From assembly GCF_009914755.1 (NCBI RefSeq), contig NC_060929.1: 64,000 nucleotides of DNA; one strand, 5' to 3'. Shown one piece after another: positions 35,061-50,409 of this stretch. The notes under the pieces are model-generated. The model saw nothing but the letters and a program-made list of their open reading frames with translations, was not told the origin of the DNA and ran no database searches. The first letter of the stretch is position 1. Each line of letters opens with the position of its first letter. This stretch comes from the human T2T-CHM13v2.0 reference genome, Homo sapiens. The position numbers and the translations under genes were made by a program.

Positions 35061-37193
35061 CCCCGTTCAGTTATTCAGCAAACATTTATTATCTCCCCAC
35101 TGTGTCTCAAGCATTGTGGAAAGTTCTGGGGATAAAGGATGACATCTTACTATCCTCGCCCTCATACAGTTAACAGAGAATTACAGTACAAGTGAAAAAT
35201 GTATGGTAGAAATAGTCACAGTATCATAGCACAGAAAAGGGGGTAGCCAGCCAAATGTGTATGTTGAGAAGGAGTGAAGCAGAGCTGCTATGCTCTTAGC
35301 TGAGAGATGCTTTAAGATTCTTTGAGCCTCCATTCTTCCATTTATTAATTATTGAGCGCCTACTATGCTAGGCGCTGAAGATACAACAGCTCTGAACAAA
35401 ACTATGGTTTCTACTCTCAGGGAACTTGCAGTCTACTGGTCCTTGAAAGAGTCGTAGTTGTTTGCCAGGTGAAGAGGAAGGGAAGGATATGGAGGTAGAA
35501 GGACGTGTGAGCCAAGGCAAAGAATTGTGGAAGAACATGGTGTACTGCAGAAAGTTGAGTCTGGTTGGGACAAAGGGATGGGATCAGGGGAGGCAGTGGG
35601 TGGCAGGAGATGACCCCAGGGAGGGAAGGGAATTTCATAATATGGTGACAGTGTATCTAAGAATCTCATTCCCCTTGTAGACTCTTTTGAACCCCCTGTG
35701 ATCACACTGATTTATAACTTGGCTGATTTATTGATTCTTCTAAAGGGTCTTTTTTTTAAAACCAGTTACTGTCTGATAATCGACAGTTCTAGAATGTTAT
35801 GTAGTAAGCCCGACACATTACCTTTTGACTTCATGCCATTTCTAAGGGTCCTCAGGTCAAAATAATGTATTACCACTTTAGTAAATATGCCCTCTGGGAA
35901 ATTTTCACAGGAAGAATCTTACAAGGAGGATTTATGGATTGTAAATAGGTAATCAGATGTTCACAGAGCCCGAGTAAATCTTGAGAGTAAATTAAAAGGT
36001 ATGGTGGAACTTTGGAATTTTTTCATACATGGAAAGGTGATGTACAGTTAAATCACCAAGCCCTGGAAGACTTCTTCATATTTAGGCACAGTGTTGGAAA
36101 AGTTAGCTGCTGATGTCAAAACTACCCATATTGGTTTTGCAGGAATGTACTTCACAGTACATTCCAACATAAGTACTTCACAGTACATTCCTGTAGACAG
36201 CTTAAAAGCGGAGTTGGACAAATAAAAGATCAGACAGTTTTGTTGACTAGAAAAAAACTGAAATTTCTCCGTTTGAATTCTTTTTAGCATATAGGATCAT
36301 ATTGTTAATCAGTTAACTCAAGGAACATTTGTTAATAGTGATAACCAGTACCTAGCATTTTGAGTTTTCATATCCTCATTATAGAGGTGAGCCCTGCCAC
36401 TAACTTAAAAAGTGTGCATATATACGTTTCATTCTGAAGACACTGAGTCTTAAAACAGTTGTGACTTGCCCAACGTTACAGAGTTAGAGTAGGCCTCATA
36501 ACTCATAAGTTCCGTGTTCCCCATTACCTCTGTCTTACTGTCACCTACCCAAAAGGGCAGCTAGGCAAAAATTATACCATCAAGATGATGAGTAAAGAAG
36601 CAGATTTGTGTAGGGTGAGGTTAGGGTAGTGGTCAACATCTTTTTCACATCATGACATACATAAAAAATGTTAATTGTGTGTCTCATTAACATAAACCGC
36701 TCATTGCCAAAGGCCATCAGTGTGCACTTTCCCCAATGTCTCAAGCTCTGCTCCTAATGCTTGGAGGGCAGAGGGATCAATATCTCAGGCATACCTGTGA
36801 ATCATTCAAAGCAGTTGCATTCTGGTTAGGAAGCTGTGAATTACGATACCCTGTCCCAAAGGAATTAATGGGTCTGGATTCCCTGACAGGCAATCCAGAT
36901 AAGGGGGCAGAGTGAGGAAAAAGAATTGAGAAGAAGTAAGAGGTAGGCACTTTAGGTAGAACAGAGGTACCTTGGTAAGAATCGAGAGAATGTTAGGAAA
37001 AATTTAAGGGACTCAGTTGATCCAACTTTTTTGCTCAGGACTGTTTAAGAAGCAGGAAATATAGCCATGCTTCTTAATCTCCAGTCAAGCTACCTGATTT
37101 GATCTAGATGTGATTGAGAACTATTATTTTTAAATGCAATTATAACATGAGAAAAGGTATGTGGGAATGACCATTCTGGCAGTGTGGACTTGA

Positions 37194-37688
<495 letters not shown>

Positions 37689-37984
37689 TAACAGCAAGGC
37701 TTAGAAAGGTTAAATTATTTGCCCGAGGTCACTTAATAAGTGAGTGGCAGATTCCAAAGGTTGTGTCCACTCTGTTGGACCAGTGGTTTTCAAATCGAAC
37801 CATGACATTTCTAAGACCCCACTACTCTCTACTCGCATTCCCAGAGCAGCTTGAGAAATCCCTGGCCCTGGCAGCCACAGTTAGAAAATATTGCTTGATC
37901 TACTGTCTGTGAATATCAGGGGGAGGTGTTGAGTTGAGTCTTTATAGAAGAATAATTGGGAGGACTTTATGACAAATTAGGTAT

Positions 37985-38597
37985 GTCCCTGGAATTAGCC
38001 ATACTGAGATTAGAGGGCAGAGTCCACAAGACTGCCCTTTCTTCTCAGACCAAGTGCAAGTTTGGGGGTTTCCCAAAACCACCCTCAGGTTCAGTAGTTG
38101 ACTCACAGAATTCACCGAAAGTTGTCATACTCAGTTGCAGTTTGTTACAGGGACAGGATACAGATTAAAATTGGTCAAAGGAAGGTGACACAGGGCAACA
38201 TCTGTGCAGGTTTCAAAACTAAGCTTCTGTTGGCCTCAGGACATGTTGTGCTCCCTGCATCAATATATGGCAATATGCACTAATTATTGCAAACTGGGTG
38301 AGCTCACCTAGACTTCATTATACAGGGTTTTTACTGGGGCTTCAGTTCTTAGGTATGATTGATTGATTGTCCACGTGTTTGAAATCAGTCCTAGGTTGAC
38401 TATTACCTTGTGACCCAAAGTCCTGATCCTAAACATGTAATTGGTGTTTCTGGTGTGGCCAGCCCCCAGCCTACCACTATTGGGTATGGCCAGCCCCTCC
38501 CCTAAATAAAAACATTCCTATCAGGTATGATATACATTACCTTTCAGAAGCAAAGGCCAGATGTCTCTTATGGCAAGACCAAATCTGTTACTATACA
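37985..38597. mobile_element. MER21-like LTR
   Basis: ccacaagactgccct...ccccaaaaccaccctcaggtt...aggatacagattaaaat motifs. Confidence 0.7.
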
Positions 38598-38705
38598 GGA
38601 GGTACAAAGGAGACTAAGGAGAGGGGGAAGCAAAAGATAACATTGAGCTTGTAAATCTACACTCTGGTCTAGAAATCTGAAACTACTGAGAAGAAGGGAC
38701 ACTTA

Positions 38706-39002
38706 GGCCGGGCATGGTGGCTCACGCCTGTAATCCCAGCACTTTTGGGAGGCTGAGGCAGGTGGGTCACGAGGTCACGAAATCGAGACCATCCTGGCTA
38801 ACACAGTGAAACCCCATGTCTACTAAAAATACACAAAATTAGCTGGGCGTGGTGGCGGGTGCCTGTATTCCCAGCTAATTGGGAAGCTGAGGCAGAAGAA
38901 TGGCGTTAACCCGGGAGGCGGAGCTTGCAGTGAGCCGAGATCGCACCACTGCACTCTTGCCTGGGCAACAGAGCGAGACTCCATCTCAACAAAAAAAAAA
39001 AA
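38706..39002 (+). mobile_element. AluY
   Basis: atcgagaccatcctggctaacac, gaatggcgt, ggagcttgcag; TSD aagaagggacactta. Confidence 0.92.
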
Positions 39003-39147
39003 GAAGGGACACTTAAAGTGGAAAGCATGTTCAATTCTGTTTGTCACATTTTTGGGTGATTTTTTTATATCTTTCTAGATTTCCAAGAGAAAGAAATTTG
39101 TACACAAATGTAAAGATGGTGAACAGACAGGGCTGAAAGTATGGACT

Positions 39148-39458
39148 GCCAGGCATGGTGGTGTGTGCCTGTAGTCCCAGCTACTTAGGAGGCTGAGGTA
39201 GGGGGATCACTTGAGCTTAGGGGTTCTGGGCTGTATTGTAGTGTGCTCCACCGATCAAGTGTCTCCACTAAGTTCATCAGTAATATTGACCTCCCATCAA
39301 TATGGGAATGGGGGACCACCAGGTTGCTTAAGGAACGATGAACTGGCCCAGGTCAGAGACAGAGCTGGTCAAAACTCTAGTGCTGATCTGTAGTGGGACC
39401 ATGCCCTTGCATAGCTATTGCACACCAGCCTGGGCAACATGGCAAGACCCTGTCTCTT
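39148..39458 (+). pseudogene. 7SL (SRP RNA) retropseudogene, full length
   Basis: Alu-domain ends plus S-domain (cactaagtt, ggggaccaccaggttgcttaagg, ggcccaggtc, ggtcaaaactc, gtgctgatc-gtagtggga); TSD aagtat(g/a)gact. Confidence 0.92.
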
Positions 39459-40049
39459 GAAGTATAGACTAGGACATCATCTCCAGGTCGATGATGATGG
39501 AAATAAAGAGTGGCAATTTGGGCAGGTTGGGGGAGACAACATGTATTTGGGGTCTGTAGACTTGTATTTGACTCAGAATTTGATTATTTATCATTAATCT
39601 TGAGGAATTTATGTATATTTGATCTCAGCTTTAGTTTTTTAAATCTGTAGAATAAATATACTGAAAATACATACTTCACAAGAGCCTATTTTTCAGGATT
39701 GGTTTGAAAAAAAGGTGGAAATACTTTTGTAAACTATAAAGCACTAAAATAAATATTATCTATTTTATTTTAAGAAGGAAGAATTCCAAGAGATCCAGAT
39801 AAAAGCCTTCAGGGATACTCAGGAAAAGGTAGTAAGAGGAAGAAAAAAAGAGTTTGTGGGAAATGAGTAACTTCAAAATGAAGGCAGTTTCTGTTTATTG
39901 TAATCAAGAAGCTTAATTCCAGAAGGCAGGAAAGATACAGGAAAGTAATTGAAAAGATCTTTAAATTCAATTGAAGAGGATTTTTGTGGCTTATTAATGT
40001 TTTACTATTAGGGAACATTTATTTCCTGAAACAAAAACATTTATTCTCT

Positions 40050-40400
40050 TTTTTCAGCTTTACTGAAGTACAATTGATAATAAAATGTGTGTAAACTGTG
40101 CAATTGGATGGGTTTTGCCATATGTATACATCTGTGAAATTGTCACCAAAATCAAGAAAATGAACATATCCATCCCCCCAAAAGTTTCCTTGTGCTCTTG
40201 TGCCCCTTTGTAATCTCTGTTTTTCCCCCACTCCTCTGCTGTCTTCCCTCCCAGCCAGGAAATCACTGATTTGCTTTCTGTTAAGAACCATACAATATAC
40301 ACTCTCCAGCATTCACCTGTTGATAGTTGCATGCATGACTATCAACACGTGTGGCTTTTACTCAGCATTCACCTGTTGATAGTTACATGTGTGACTTTTT
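40050..40400 (-). mobile_element. L1ME-like 3' fragment
   Basis: cagctttactgaagtacaattg...catccccccaaaagtttcctt. Confidence 0.65.
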
Positions 40401-40554
40401 ACTTGCTATATAAAAATAACTCATCATTTAGGGGCCAATTCTGTGTCAGGTACAAAGGCCAGAAATAAGTCCAGAATAATTTGGAAGATCCTTATTTAGA
40501 CTATGGTCAAGTTTACATCATTGTCTCCTAGGGTATGAAAGTTGGATGCTGTCT

Positions 40555-40884
40555 GTTTTTGTGTGTGTGTGTGGTTTTTTAGACAGGGTCTTGCTCTGTC
40601 ACCCAGGCTGGAGTGCAGTGGTGGGATCTTGGCTAGCTGCAACCTCTGCCTCCTGGGCTTAAGAAATCCTCCCACCTCAGCCTCCCAAGTAGCTGGGACT
40701 ACAGGCATGTGCTACCACACCTGGCTGATTTTGTTGTTGTTGTTGTTGTTGTTGTTGTATTTTTTGAAGAGATGGCATTTTGCCACATTGGCCAGGCTGG
40801 TCTCAAACTCCTGAGCTCAAACAGTTCACCCACCTTGGCCCCTCAAAGTGCTGAGATTACAGGTGTGAGCCGCCATGCCTGGCC
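40555..40884 (-). mobile_element. AluJ with (TG) tail and central (GTT)n
   Basis: TSD tgtctgttt. Confidence 0.88.
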
Positions 40885-41609
40885 TGTCTGTTTGTATTTG
40901 ATAGTTACTCTGTGGGAGGTGAATGATGTCCACTTCTCTTTGTTTTACCTCTTAGTTATTTATATGGGCTTCTAATGTTATCATTAAGACTTGTAGAAGC
41001 TTTAAGAACTCAAACCTGATTTGTCAACAAATTGAGAAGGGATCCATTTTTCTGAGACCATTCTCATATTAATCATATTCTCAGATATCAATGCATAAAA
41101 CTAAGATGAAAATTTATCAGTTTACTATAAAAAATAAAGTTTCCTTAGAAAATGAAGTGCTAAACAGAAGATTGCTTGATTGGTTAGTAACCACCATATT
41201 GTGGGCTTAATTGCTTTATACGTCTAGATAATACCTTTCTACCAGGGGAAGGGTCTTTGTGTGTGTATCCCTTTCTCTAAAAAGGTTTTTAGTATACCAG
41301 GTATAAGTTTGTTACCTTTACAGTGAAAGAATAACTTGATTTTCCCTTTGAGTCTTTTGTAAAAGAAAATTCAAACCTTTCCCTTTTTATCTTGGATGGC
41401 CTTTTTCATTTGTTAATAATTTGAAATATCTTTGGAAAAAAAGAGTGATTGGTAACATTGTTGATTTAAATACTATGTAAATATACCCCAGGTCTGTTCT
41501 GTCTTGAGGTTCTTTATATCAGTAAAACAAAACAGACAAATAATTTCCAGACTTTTCCATAATCTTTCCAAATAGGTTTATTTAGGTGCCATTAAATTGA
41601 TTACTATTC

Positions 41610-42176
41610 ATATTACTTTTCTAGGGCTCACAACACTTTTTTTTTTTTTTTTTTGAGTTGGGAGTCTCGCTATGTTTCCCAGGCTGGCCTTGAACTCCTG
41701 GGCTCAAGCCTACTGCCTCAGCCTACTGAGTAGCTGGGATTACAGGCATGTGCCACCGTGCCTTAATACCAATATATTTTCATAGATCTGGTGGCCAGAA
41801 ATCTGAAACATACACTGGTTTGGTCCCTTCTGGAGGCCCTGAAGGAGAAACCATTTCATGCCTTTCGCCCAGCTGCTTCTGATGGCTGCTGGCAATCTTC
41901 GTTGTTTCTTGGCTTGCAGAAACATCACTCTAGTCTCTGCCTACATCTTCATATGGTCTTCCCTGCTATGTCTCTGCATCTCAAATCTCCCTCCTTTCTC
42001 TTATAGGAATACCAGTCAGTGGATTTAGGGCGCACTGTAAATCCAGCATGATCTCATACCAAGATTCTTAATTAAGGATTTGTGAAGACCCTATTTCCAA
42101 ATAAGGTCACATTTATAGGTACTGGAGTTGGGAGATGGACATATATTTTAAGGGGATATAATTAAAATCATTACAA
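41610..42176 (-). mobile_element. MLT1B/C LTR with an Alu monomer (FLAM-like, ~41637-41762) inserted
   Basis: aagaccctatttccaaataaggtcacatt and ggatttaggg motifs. Confidence 0.75.
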
Positions 42177-43338
42177 TATTATTAGGTAATGTTAAAAACA
42201 ACTGTGTACCAGAAGTTACATGACACTAACTCTTAATCCTCCAAACCTATGAGATTGGCACTGTTACTAGTCTCATTTTTGCTGCCTTTTGTTAAACAGG
42301 TCTATTACTATTTCTTGGCCTAATTCTTTTTGCAGTCAAAGTCTACTTCAAAGAATCTTAGGCCTAGATGAATGCATGCCAGCAGGATCAGTTTATTAAT
42401 TATACCGAGTATTATCAGTTCTAAAATTCAGTCCTCCAAATTTATTAGATGAAGGAAAAGACTTCTTAGGTTGATCATGAGAGGGAAAAAGGGACCCCTT
42501 TTTATTTTCATATATAAATACATATTTAATTTTACTTTAAGTTCTGAGATACACGTGCAGAACGTGCAGGTTTGTTACATAGGTATACATGTGCCGTGGT
42601 GGTTTGCCGCACCTGTTGACCCGTCACCTAGGTATTAAGCTCTGCAGGCATTAGCTATTTGTCCTCATGCTCTCTCTCCCTCCCCTCACCCCCACAACAG
42701 GCCCCCTGTATGTGTTGTTCCCCTCCCTGTGTCCATGTGTCTTCATTGTTTGGCTTCCACTTATGGGTGAGAACATTTGGTGTTTGGTTTTCTGTTCCTG
42801 CATTAGCTTGCTGAGGATAATGGCTTCCAGCTTCATCCATGTCCCAGCAAAGGACATGATCTCATTCCTTTTTAATGGCTGCATAGTATTCCATGGCTTA
42901 TATGTACCACATTTTCTTTATCCAGTCTACCATCAATGGGCATTTGGGTTGTTTTCATGTCTTTGCTATTGTGAATAGTGCTGCAGTAAACATACATGTG
43001 CATGTATCTTTATAATAGAATGATTTATATTCCTTTGAGTATATACCCAGTAATGAGATTGCTTTGTCAAATGATATTTCTGGTTCTAGGTCCTTGAGGA
43101 ATCACCACACTGTCTTCCACAATGGTTGAACTAATTTACATTCCCACCAACAGTATAAAAGCATTTCTATTTCTCCACAGCTTGGCCAGCATCTGTTGAT
43201 TCTTGACTTTTTAATAATCACCATTCTGACTGGTGTGAAATGGTATCTGGTTGTGGTTTTGATTTGCATTTTTCTAATGATCAGTGATGCTGAACTTTTT
43301 TTCATGTGTTTCTTGGCCACATAAATGTCTTCTTTTGA

Positions 43339-43659
<321 letters not shown>

Positions 43660-45217
43660 ACTACATTTGCCCACTTTTTGATGGGGTTGTTTTTTTCTTT
43701 AAATTTGTTTAAGGTTCTATGTAAATTCTGGATATTAGACCTTTGTCACATGGGTTGATTGCAAAAATGTTCTCCCATTCTGTAGATTGCCTGTTCCCTC
43801 TGATGATAGTTTATTTTGCTATGTAGAAGCTCTTTAATTAGATCCCATTTGTCAATTTTGGCTTTTGTTGCAACTGCTTTTGGCAATTTCGCCATAAAAT
43901 CTTTGCCCATGCCTATGTTCTGAATGATATTGTCTAGATTTTCTTCTAGAGCTTTTATGGCTTTGGGTTTTGATTAAGTCTTTAATCCATCTTGAGTTAA
44001 TTTTTGTATAAAATGTAAGAAAGGGGCCCAGTTACAGTTTTCTGCATATAGCTAACCAGTTTTCCCAGCACCATCTATTAAATAGGGAATTCTCTCCCCA
44101 TTGCTTGTTTTTGTCAGGTTTGTCGAAGATCAGATGGTTGTAGATGTGTGGTCTTATTTCTGAGGTCTCTATTCTGTTCTATTGGTCTATGTGTTTGTTT
44201 TGGTACCAGTACCATACTGTTTTAGTTACTGTAGCCTTGCAGTATAGTCTGAAGTCAGGTAGTGTGATGCCTCCAGCTTTGTTCTTTTTGCTTAGGATTG
44301 TCTTGGCTATGTGGGCTCTTTTTTGGTTCCATATGAATTTTAAGGTAGTTTTTTCTAATTCTGTGAAGAATGTCAATGGTAGTTTGATGGGAATAGCATT
44401 GAATCTATAAATTACTTTGGGCAGTATATCCATTTTAACAATATTGATTCTCCTTATCCATGAGGATGGAATGTTTTTCCATTTTTTTGTGTCCTCTCAT
44501 TTCCTCGAGCAGTGGTTTATACTTCTTCTTGAAGAAGTCCCTCACATCCCTTGCTGTATTCCTCAGTATTTTATTTTCTTTGTAGCAATTGTGAATGGGA
44601 GTTCATTCATGATTTGGCTGTCTGCTTGTCTATTGTTGGTGTATAGGAATGCTTGTGATTTTGCCCGTTGATTTTGTATTGTGAGACTTGGCTGAAATTG
44701 CTTATCAGCTTAAGGAGTTTTTGGGCTGAGATGATGGAGTTTTCTAGATTGTAGGATCATGTTGTCTGCAGAGATGATTTGACTTCGTCTCTTCCTATTT
44801 GAATACCCTTTATTTCTTTCTTTTGCCAGATTGCCCTGGCCAGAACTTCCCATACTGTGTTGAATAAGAGTGGTGAGAGAGGGTATCCTTGTCTTGTGCC
44901 AGTTTTCAAAGGGAATGCTTCTAGCTTTTGCCTATTCAGTATGACATTGGCTGTGGGTTTGTCATAAATAGCTCTTATTATTTTAAGATATATTCCATCA
45001 ATACCTAGTTTATTAAGAATTTTTAACATGCAGGGTTGTTGAATTTTCTTGAAGGCATTTTCTGCATCATTCTATTTTTCTGCATCATTCTATTGAGATA
45101 ATCATGTGATTTTTGTCATTGGCTCTGTTTATGTGATGGATTATGTTTACTGATTTGCATATGTTGAACCAGCTTTGCATCCCAGGGATGAAGTCGACTT
45201 GATTGTAGTAGATAAGC

Positions 45218-45523
45218 TTTTTTTTTCTTTTTTTCTTTTTTTAAGACGGAGTCTTACTCTGTCACCCAGACTGGAGTGCAGTGGTGCAATCTTGGCTCGC
45301 TGCAACCTCCACCTCCAGGGTTCATGAGATTCTTCTGCCTTAGCTTCCCAAGTAGCTGAGACTACAGGCACGTGAAACCGTGCCCGGCTGATTTTTGTAT
45401 TTTAGTAGAGATGGGGTTTTGCCACGTTGGCCAGACTGGTCTTGAACTATTGACCTCAGGTGATCCACCCACCTTGGCCTCTCTAAGGGCTGGGATTACA
45501 GGCGTGAGCCATGGCACTGGGCT
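45218..45523 (-). mobile_element. AluS nested in L1
   Basis: TSD gataagctttt. Confidence 0.9.
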
Positions 45524-48500
45524 TGGATAAGCTTTTTGATGTGCTGCTGGATTTGGTTTGCCAGTATTTTATTGAGGATTTTCACATCGATGTTCATCAG
45601 GGATACTGGCCTGCAGTTTTCTTTTCTTGTTGTGTCTTTGCCAACTTTTGGTATCAGGTTGATGCTGGCCTCATAAAATGAGTTAGGGAGGAGTCCCTCC
45701 TTTTCAGTTGTTTGGAATAGTTTCAGAAAGAATGGTATCAGCTCCTCTTTGTACCTCTGGTAGAATTCGACTGTGAATCTGTCTGATCTTGGACTTTTTT
45801 GGTTGGTAGGCTATTTTTTTACTGCTTTAATTTTAGAACTATTGGTCTAATCAAGGATTCTACTTCTTCCTGGTTTAGTGTTGTGAGGGTGTATATGTCC
45901 AGGAATTTTTCCATTTCTTCTAGATTTTCTAGTTTATTTGCATAAAAGTGTTTATAGTATTCTCTGATGGTAGTTTGTATTTCTGTGGGGTCAGTAGTGA
46001 TAATCCTTTATCATTTTTATTGTGTCTATTTGATTCTTCTCTCTTTTCTCCTTTATTAGTCTAGCTAGCAGTCTATCTATTTTATTAAGTTCTTATAAAA
46101 ACCAGCTCCTGGATTTATTGACTTTTTTTGAAGGATTTTTCGTGTCTCTATCTCCTTCAGTTCTGTTCTGATCTTAGTTATTTCTTGTCTTGTGCTAGCT
46201 TTTGGATTTCTTTGCTCTTGCTTCTCTAGTACATTTAGTTGTGATGTTAGGGTGTTGATTTGAGATCTTTCTAACTTTCTGAAGTGGGCATTTAGTGCTA
46301 TAAATTTCCCTCTTAATGCTGCTATAGGTACATCTCAGAGATTCTGGTATGTTGGCTCTTTGTTCTCATTGGTTTCATAGAATTTCTTGATTTCTGCGTT
46401 AATTTCATTATTTACCCAGGAGTCATTCGGGAGCAAGGTTAATTTCTGTGTAGTTGTGTGGTTTTGAGTGAGTTTCTTAATCTTGAGTTCTACTTTGCAC
46501 TGTGGTCAGTGAGACTGTTATGATTTCAGTTCTTTTGTATTTGCTGAGGAGTGCTTTACTTCCAGTTATGTGTCTGATTTTAGAGTAAGTACCATGTGGC
46601 ACTAGAAGAATGTATATTCTGTTTTGGGGTGGAGAGTTCTGTAGATATCTATCAGGTCCCCTTGATCCAGAGCTGAATTCAAGTCCTGAATATCTTTGTT
46701 AATTTTCTGTCTTGTTGATCTACCTAATTTTGACAGTGGGGTGTTAAATTTTCCCACTATTATTGTGTGGGAGTCTAAGTCCCTTTGTAGGTCTCTCGGA
46801 ACTCATTTTATGAATCTGGATGCTCCTGCATCGGTTGCATATATATTTAGGATAGCTCATTATGTTGAATTGTTCCCTTTATCATTATGTAATGCCCTTC
46901 TTTGTCTTTTTTGATCTTTGTTGGTTTAAAGTCTGTTTTGTCAGAAACTAGGATTTTAACCCCTGCTTTTTTTTTTGCTTTCCATTTGCTTGGTAAATTT
47001 TCCTACATCCCTTTATTTTGAGCCTATGTATGTCTTTGCATGTGAGATGGGTCTCTTGAATACAGTACACTGATGGGACTTGACTCTTTGTCCAGTTTGC
47101 CAGTCTGTGTCTTTTTATTGGGGCATTTAGCCCATTTACATTTAAAGTTAATATTGTTATGTGTGAATTTGATCCTGTCATCATGATGCTAGCTGGTTAT
47201 TTTGCCCGTTAGTTGATGCAGCTTCTTCATGGTGTCCTTGGTCTTTGTATTTTGGTGTGTTTTTGCAGTGGCTGGTACCAGTTTTTCCTTTCCATATTTA
47301 GTGCTTCCTTCAGGAGCTCTTGGAAGGCAGGCCTGGTGGTGACAAATTCCCTCAGCATTTGCTTGTCTGAAATGGATTTTATTTCTCCTTCTCTTACGAA
47401 GCTTAGTTTGGCCAGATATGACATTCTGGGTTGAAAATTCTTGACTTTAAGAATGTTGAATATTGGCCCCCACTCTCTTCTGGCTTGTAGGGTTTCTGCA
47501 GAGAGATCTGTTGTTAGTCTGATGGGCTTCCCTTTGTAGGTGACCTGGCCTTTCCCTCCTGCTGCTCTTTATGTTTTTTCCTTCATTTTGACATTGGAGG
47601 ATCTAATGATTATGTGTCTTGGGGTTGATCGTCTTACTGAGGTTCTCTGTATTTCCTGAATTTGAATGTTGGCCTGTCTTGCTAGGTTGGGGAAGTTTTC
47701 CTGGATGATATCCTGAAGTGTGTTTTCCAACTTGGTTCCACTCTCTTTGTCTCTTTCAGGTACTTCAATCAGTCATAGGTTTGGTCTTTTTACGTAGTCC
47801 CATAGTTCTCAGAGGTTTGTTCATTTCTTCTCATTCTTTTTTCTCTCCTGCCTTATTTCAGCAAGGTAGTCTTCAAGCTCTGATACTTTTTCTTCTGCTG
47901 GATTGATTTGGCTATTGATACTTGTGTATGCTTCACAAAGTTCTCGTGCTGTGTTTTTCAGCTCCATCGGGTTATTTATGTTCCTCTCTCAACTGGTTAT
48001 TCTAGTTAGCGCTCCTGTAGCCTTTTATTATGGTTCTGAGCTTCTGAAGCCTACTTCTGTCAGTTTGTCCATCTCATCCTCTGTCCAATTCTCTGCCCTT
48101 CCTGGAGAGGTGTTGCTATCATTTGGAGAAGAAGCACTCTGGCCTTTTGGGTTTTCAGCATTCTTTCATTGATTCTTTCTCATCTTCATGAGTTTGTCTA
48201 GTTTCGATCTTTGAGGCTGCTCACCCTTGGATGAGGTTTTTGTGGGGACTCTTTTTGTTGATGCTGCTGTTGTTGCTTTCTGTTTGTTTTTCTTTCAATA
48301 GTCAGGTCCCTCTTCTGTGGGGCTGCTGTGGTTTGCTGAGAGTTCACTTCAGGCCTTGTTAGTCTGGGTCACTCCTGCACCTGGAGATGTCACCTGAGGA
48401 GGCTGGAGAACGGCAGAGACAGGTGCCTGTTCCTTTCTCTGGGATCTCTGTCCTCGAGGGGCACCAACCGCTTCACTTGGCTGGGAGTAGGGGCTCCCCT

Positions 48501-49592
48501 GCCCTGTGTGGCTCTCAGGTGGGCCAATGTACCACCTTGCTCTTCCCTCCTCCCTGTGGGTTACCCCAACTGCCTAGTCAGTCCTGGTGACAGAACCTGG
48601 ATACCTTGGTTATCAGTGTGGGATTTGCATGTTGTTTTGGTTCTTCTCAGTGGGAGCCTCCGATCGCCACTGCTTCTAGTTGGCCATCTTGACCCCCTAT
48701 TTTTGTATTTCTTACCTGGATAAAACAATATAATTTTTACGTATTCATGAACTATAAAGATTGTATGCATTTTCCTGTTGTGAACAGTATGTAGTAGTAA
48801 TCTGGGTTTGTTTGGGCTAATCTAGGTGGGGGAGATGTTTAAAATGTAGTTCATTTGAGGTTCTTTATCTTAATCAGCCTATTTGAAATCTTATTTTTGG
48901 ACTTCTGTGTTTACTCTAGCAGGAAATTTCCAAATCTGGGATGCTGGGCTCTGATGTAGTTAGGGAAATGGAAAATGCTATAAAAGCGCTAAGAAGGAGA
49001 GAGGAAGAGAGAAGTAAAAGGAATAATGGAAGCTAGAGTAGGTCTCATTTTGGTGTTACTTGTGTATTCCTTTAATGAGAAGGTATATGCACATGAGGGA
49101 ATGTGTGGGCTAGTGTAGCTATAAGGTTACCACATAAAATTCAGGCTAGAAAGGACAAAAAAATTGCATTTTTTTAAAAGGAATATCCCATTGTTTTCAT
49201 ATGCCTACCTGACATTGAAATCTGTGCCAATATTTTTTCTTTCAGAGACTGATTCTCTAATTCAAATTTAAAGTGAGGTAATTTGTTTTCAGAAGACCTC
49301 TTTAACAAAAAAATTTTTTGGAGAGGAGTGCTGAACTCATTTTTTAATTCTTTTTTTAGATGGTTTCCATGTGTCCCAGATCGTCATGAGATTAGATTTA
49401 TATCATCAAGATAGGATGATGAACAGAATGCTTTAGTCTTTATGCTTGTAAAATAGGAGACTTTAACATAACTGGTTATTACATTGCTAGAAATACCATG
49501 GGATCAAGTCAAAGTTCCTGAAAATCCTGCAGCACTTTGAGTTGTTGGTTCAGAAGCCCGAAATCAACATATAATAAAAATAATATATATAT

Positions 49593-49874
49593 ATTTTTGA
49601 GACAGGGTCTTGCTCTGTCACCCGCTGAAGTACAATGATAGTATCAAGGCTCACTGCAGTCTCAAGCTCCAGGGCTCAAGCGATTCTCCCACTTCAGCCC
49701 TCTAATAGCTGGGACTACAGGTGTACCCTACTATACCCAGCTACTTTTGTTGTATTTGTAGAGGGGATTTTGCCATGTTGCCTGTGGTGGTCTTGAACTC
49801 CTGGGCTCAAGCGATCCTTCCGCCTTGGCCTCTGACAGTGCTGGGATTATAGGTATAAGTCACCATGCCCGGCC
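49593..49874 (-). mobile_element. AluJ
   Basis: Diverged reverse Alu. Confidence 0.85.
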
Positions 49875-49929
49875 TTAAATTCTTAAAATTTGAGAAAGAA
49901 TATAAATTTGGTTATCTGCAACTTGTGCA

Positions 49930-50316
49930 TGATCATTTCCCCCATCCATCTCCCTAACCTCATCTGGTATCTCCTTGCTGTGTTTATCAGCCGCACTGAC
50001 CTTTAATGCTTTGAGATGACTAAATTCCACTCTACTGAAGGACCCTGGTAAATGTTCTTTCTTTGCCTGGACTGCCTTCTAGTCTTTTTAAAATCTGATT
50101 CACTGTTGTAGGTCTCAGCATAAATATTATTTCTTGAGGCCTACCTTTCCAAATCCTTGTTGTAGACAAGTTCTCCCTTTCTTGTACTTTTCCATTGCAG
50201 AACTATCAATTTGTAAGTAAATAATTTGGGGAGTAGGAGATGGGCCTGTTTTGTTTGCAACTGTATCCCCTAGTAAGTAGTTGTATATCGATAAACATGT
50301 ATTGAATTAATGAATA
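49930..50316. mobile_element. L2 3' fragment
   Basis: ctgtatcccctag...ataaacatgtattgaattaatgaat end motif. Confidence 0.55.
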
Positions 50317-50409
50317 CACATGTGATATTTGTATCCCTTGTTTTTTGTGGTTAAATATTTACCTCATTTTTTTCATTGAAGTAAAATGTTAATTTTTTTT
50401 TCTTTGAAG

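Noticed and set aside
33935-35173. Long overlapping ORFs (209-362 aa) on both strands
   Set aside because: Stop-codon scarcity in a CpG island; only MALHFQ is supported by splicing to exon 2
39148-39458. Functional SRP RNA gene
   Set aside because: Heavy CpG decay, S-domain rearrangement and TSDs indicate a retrocopy
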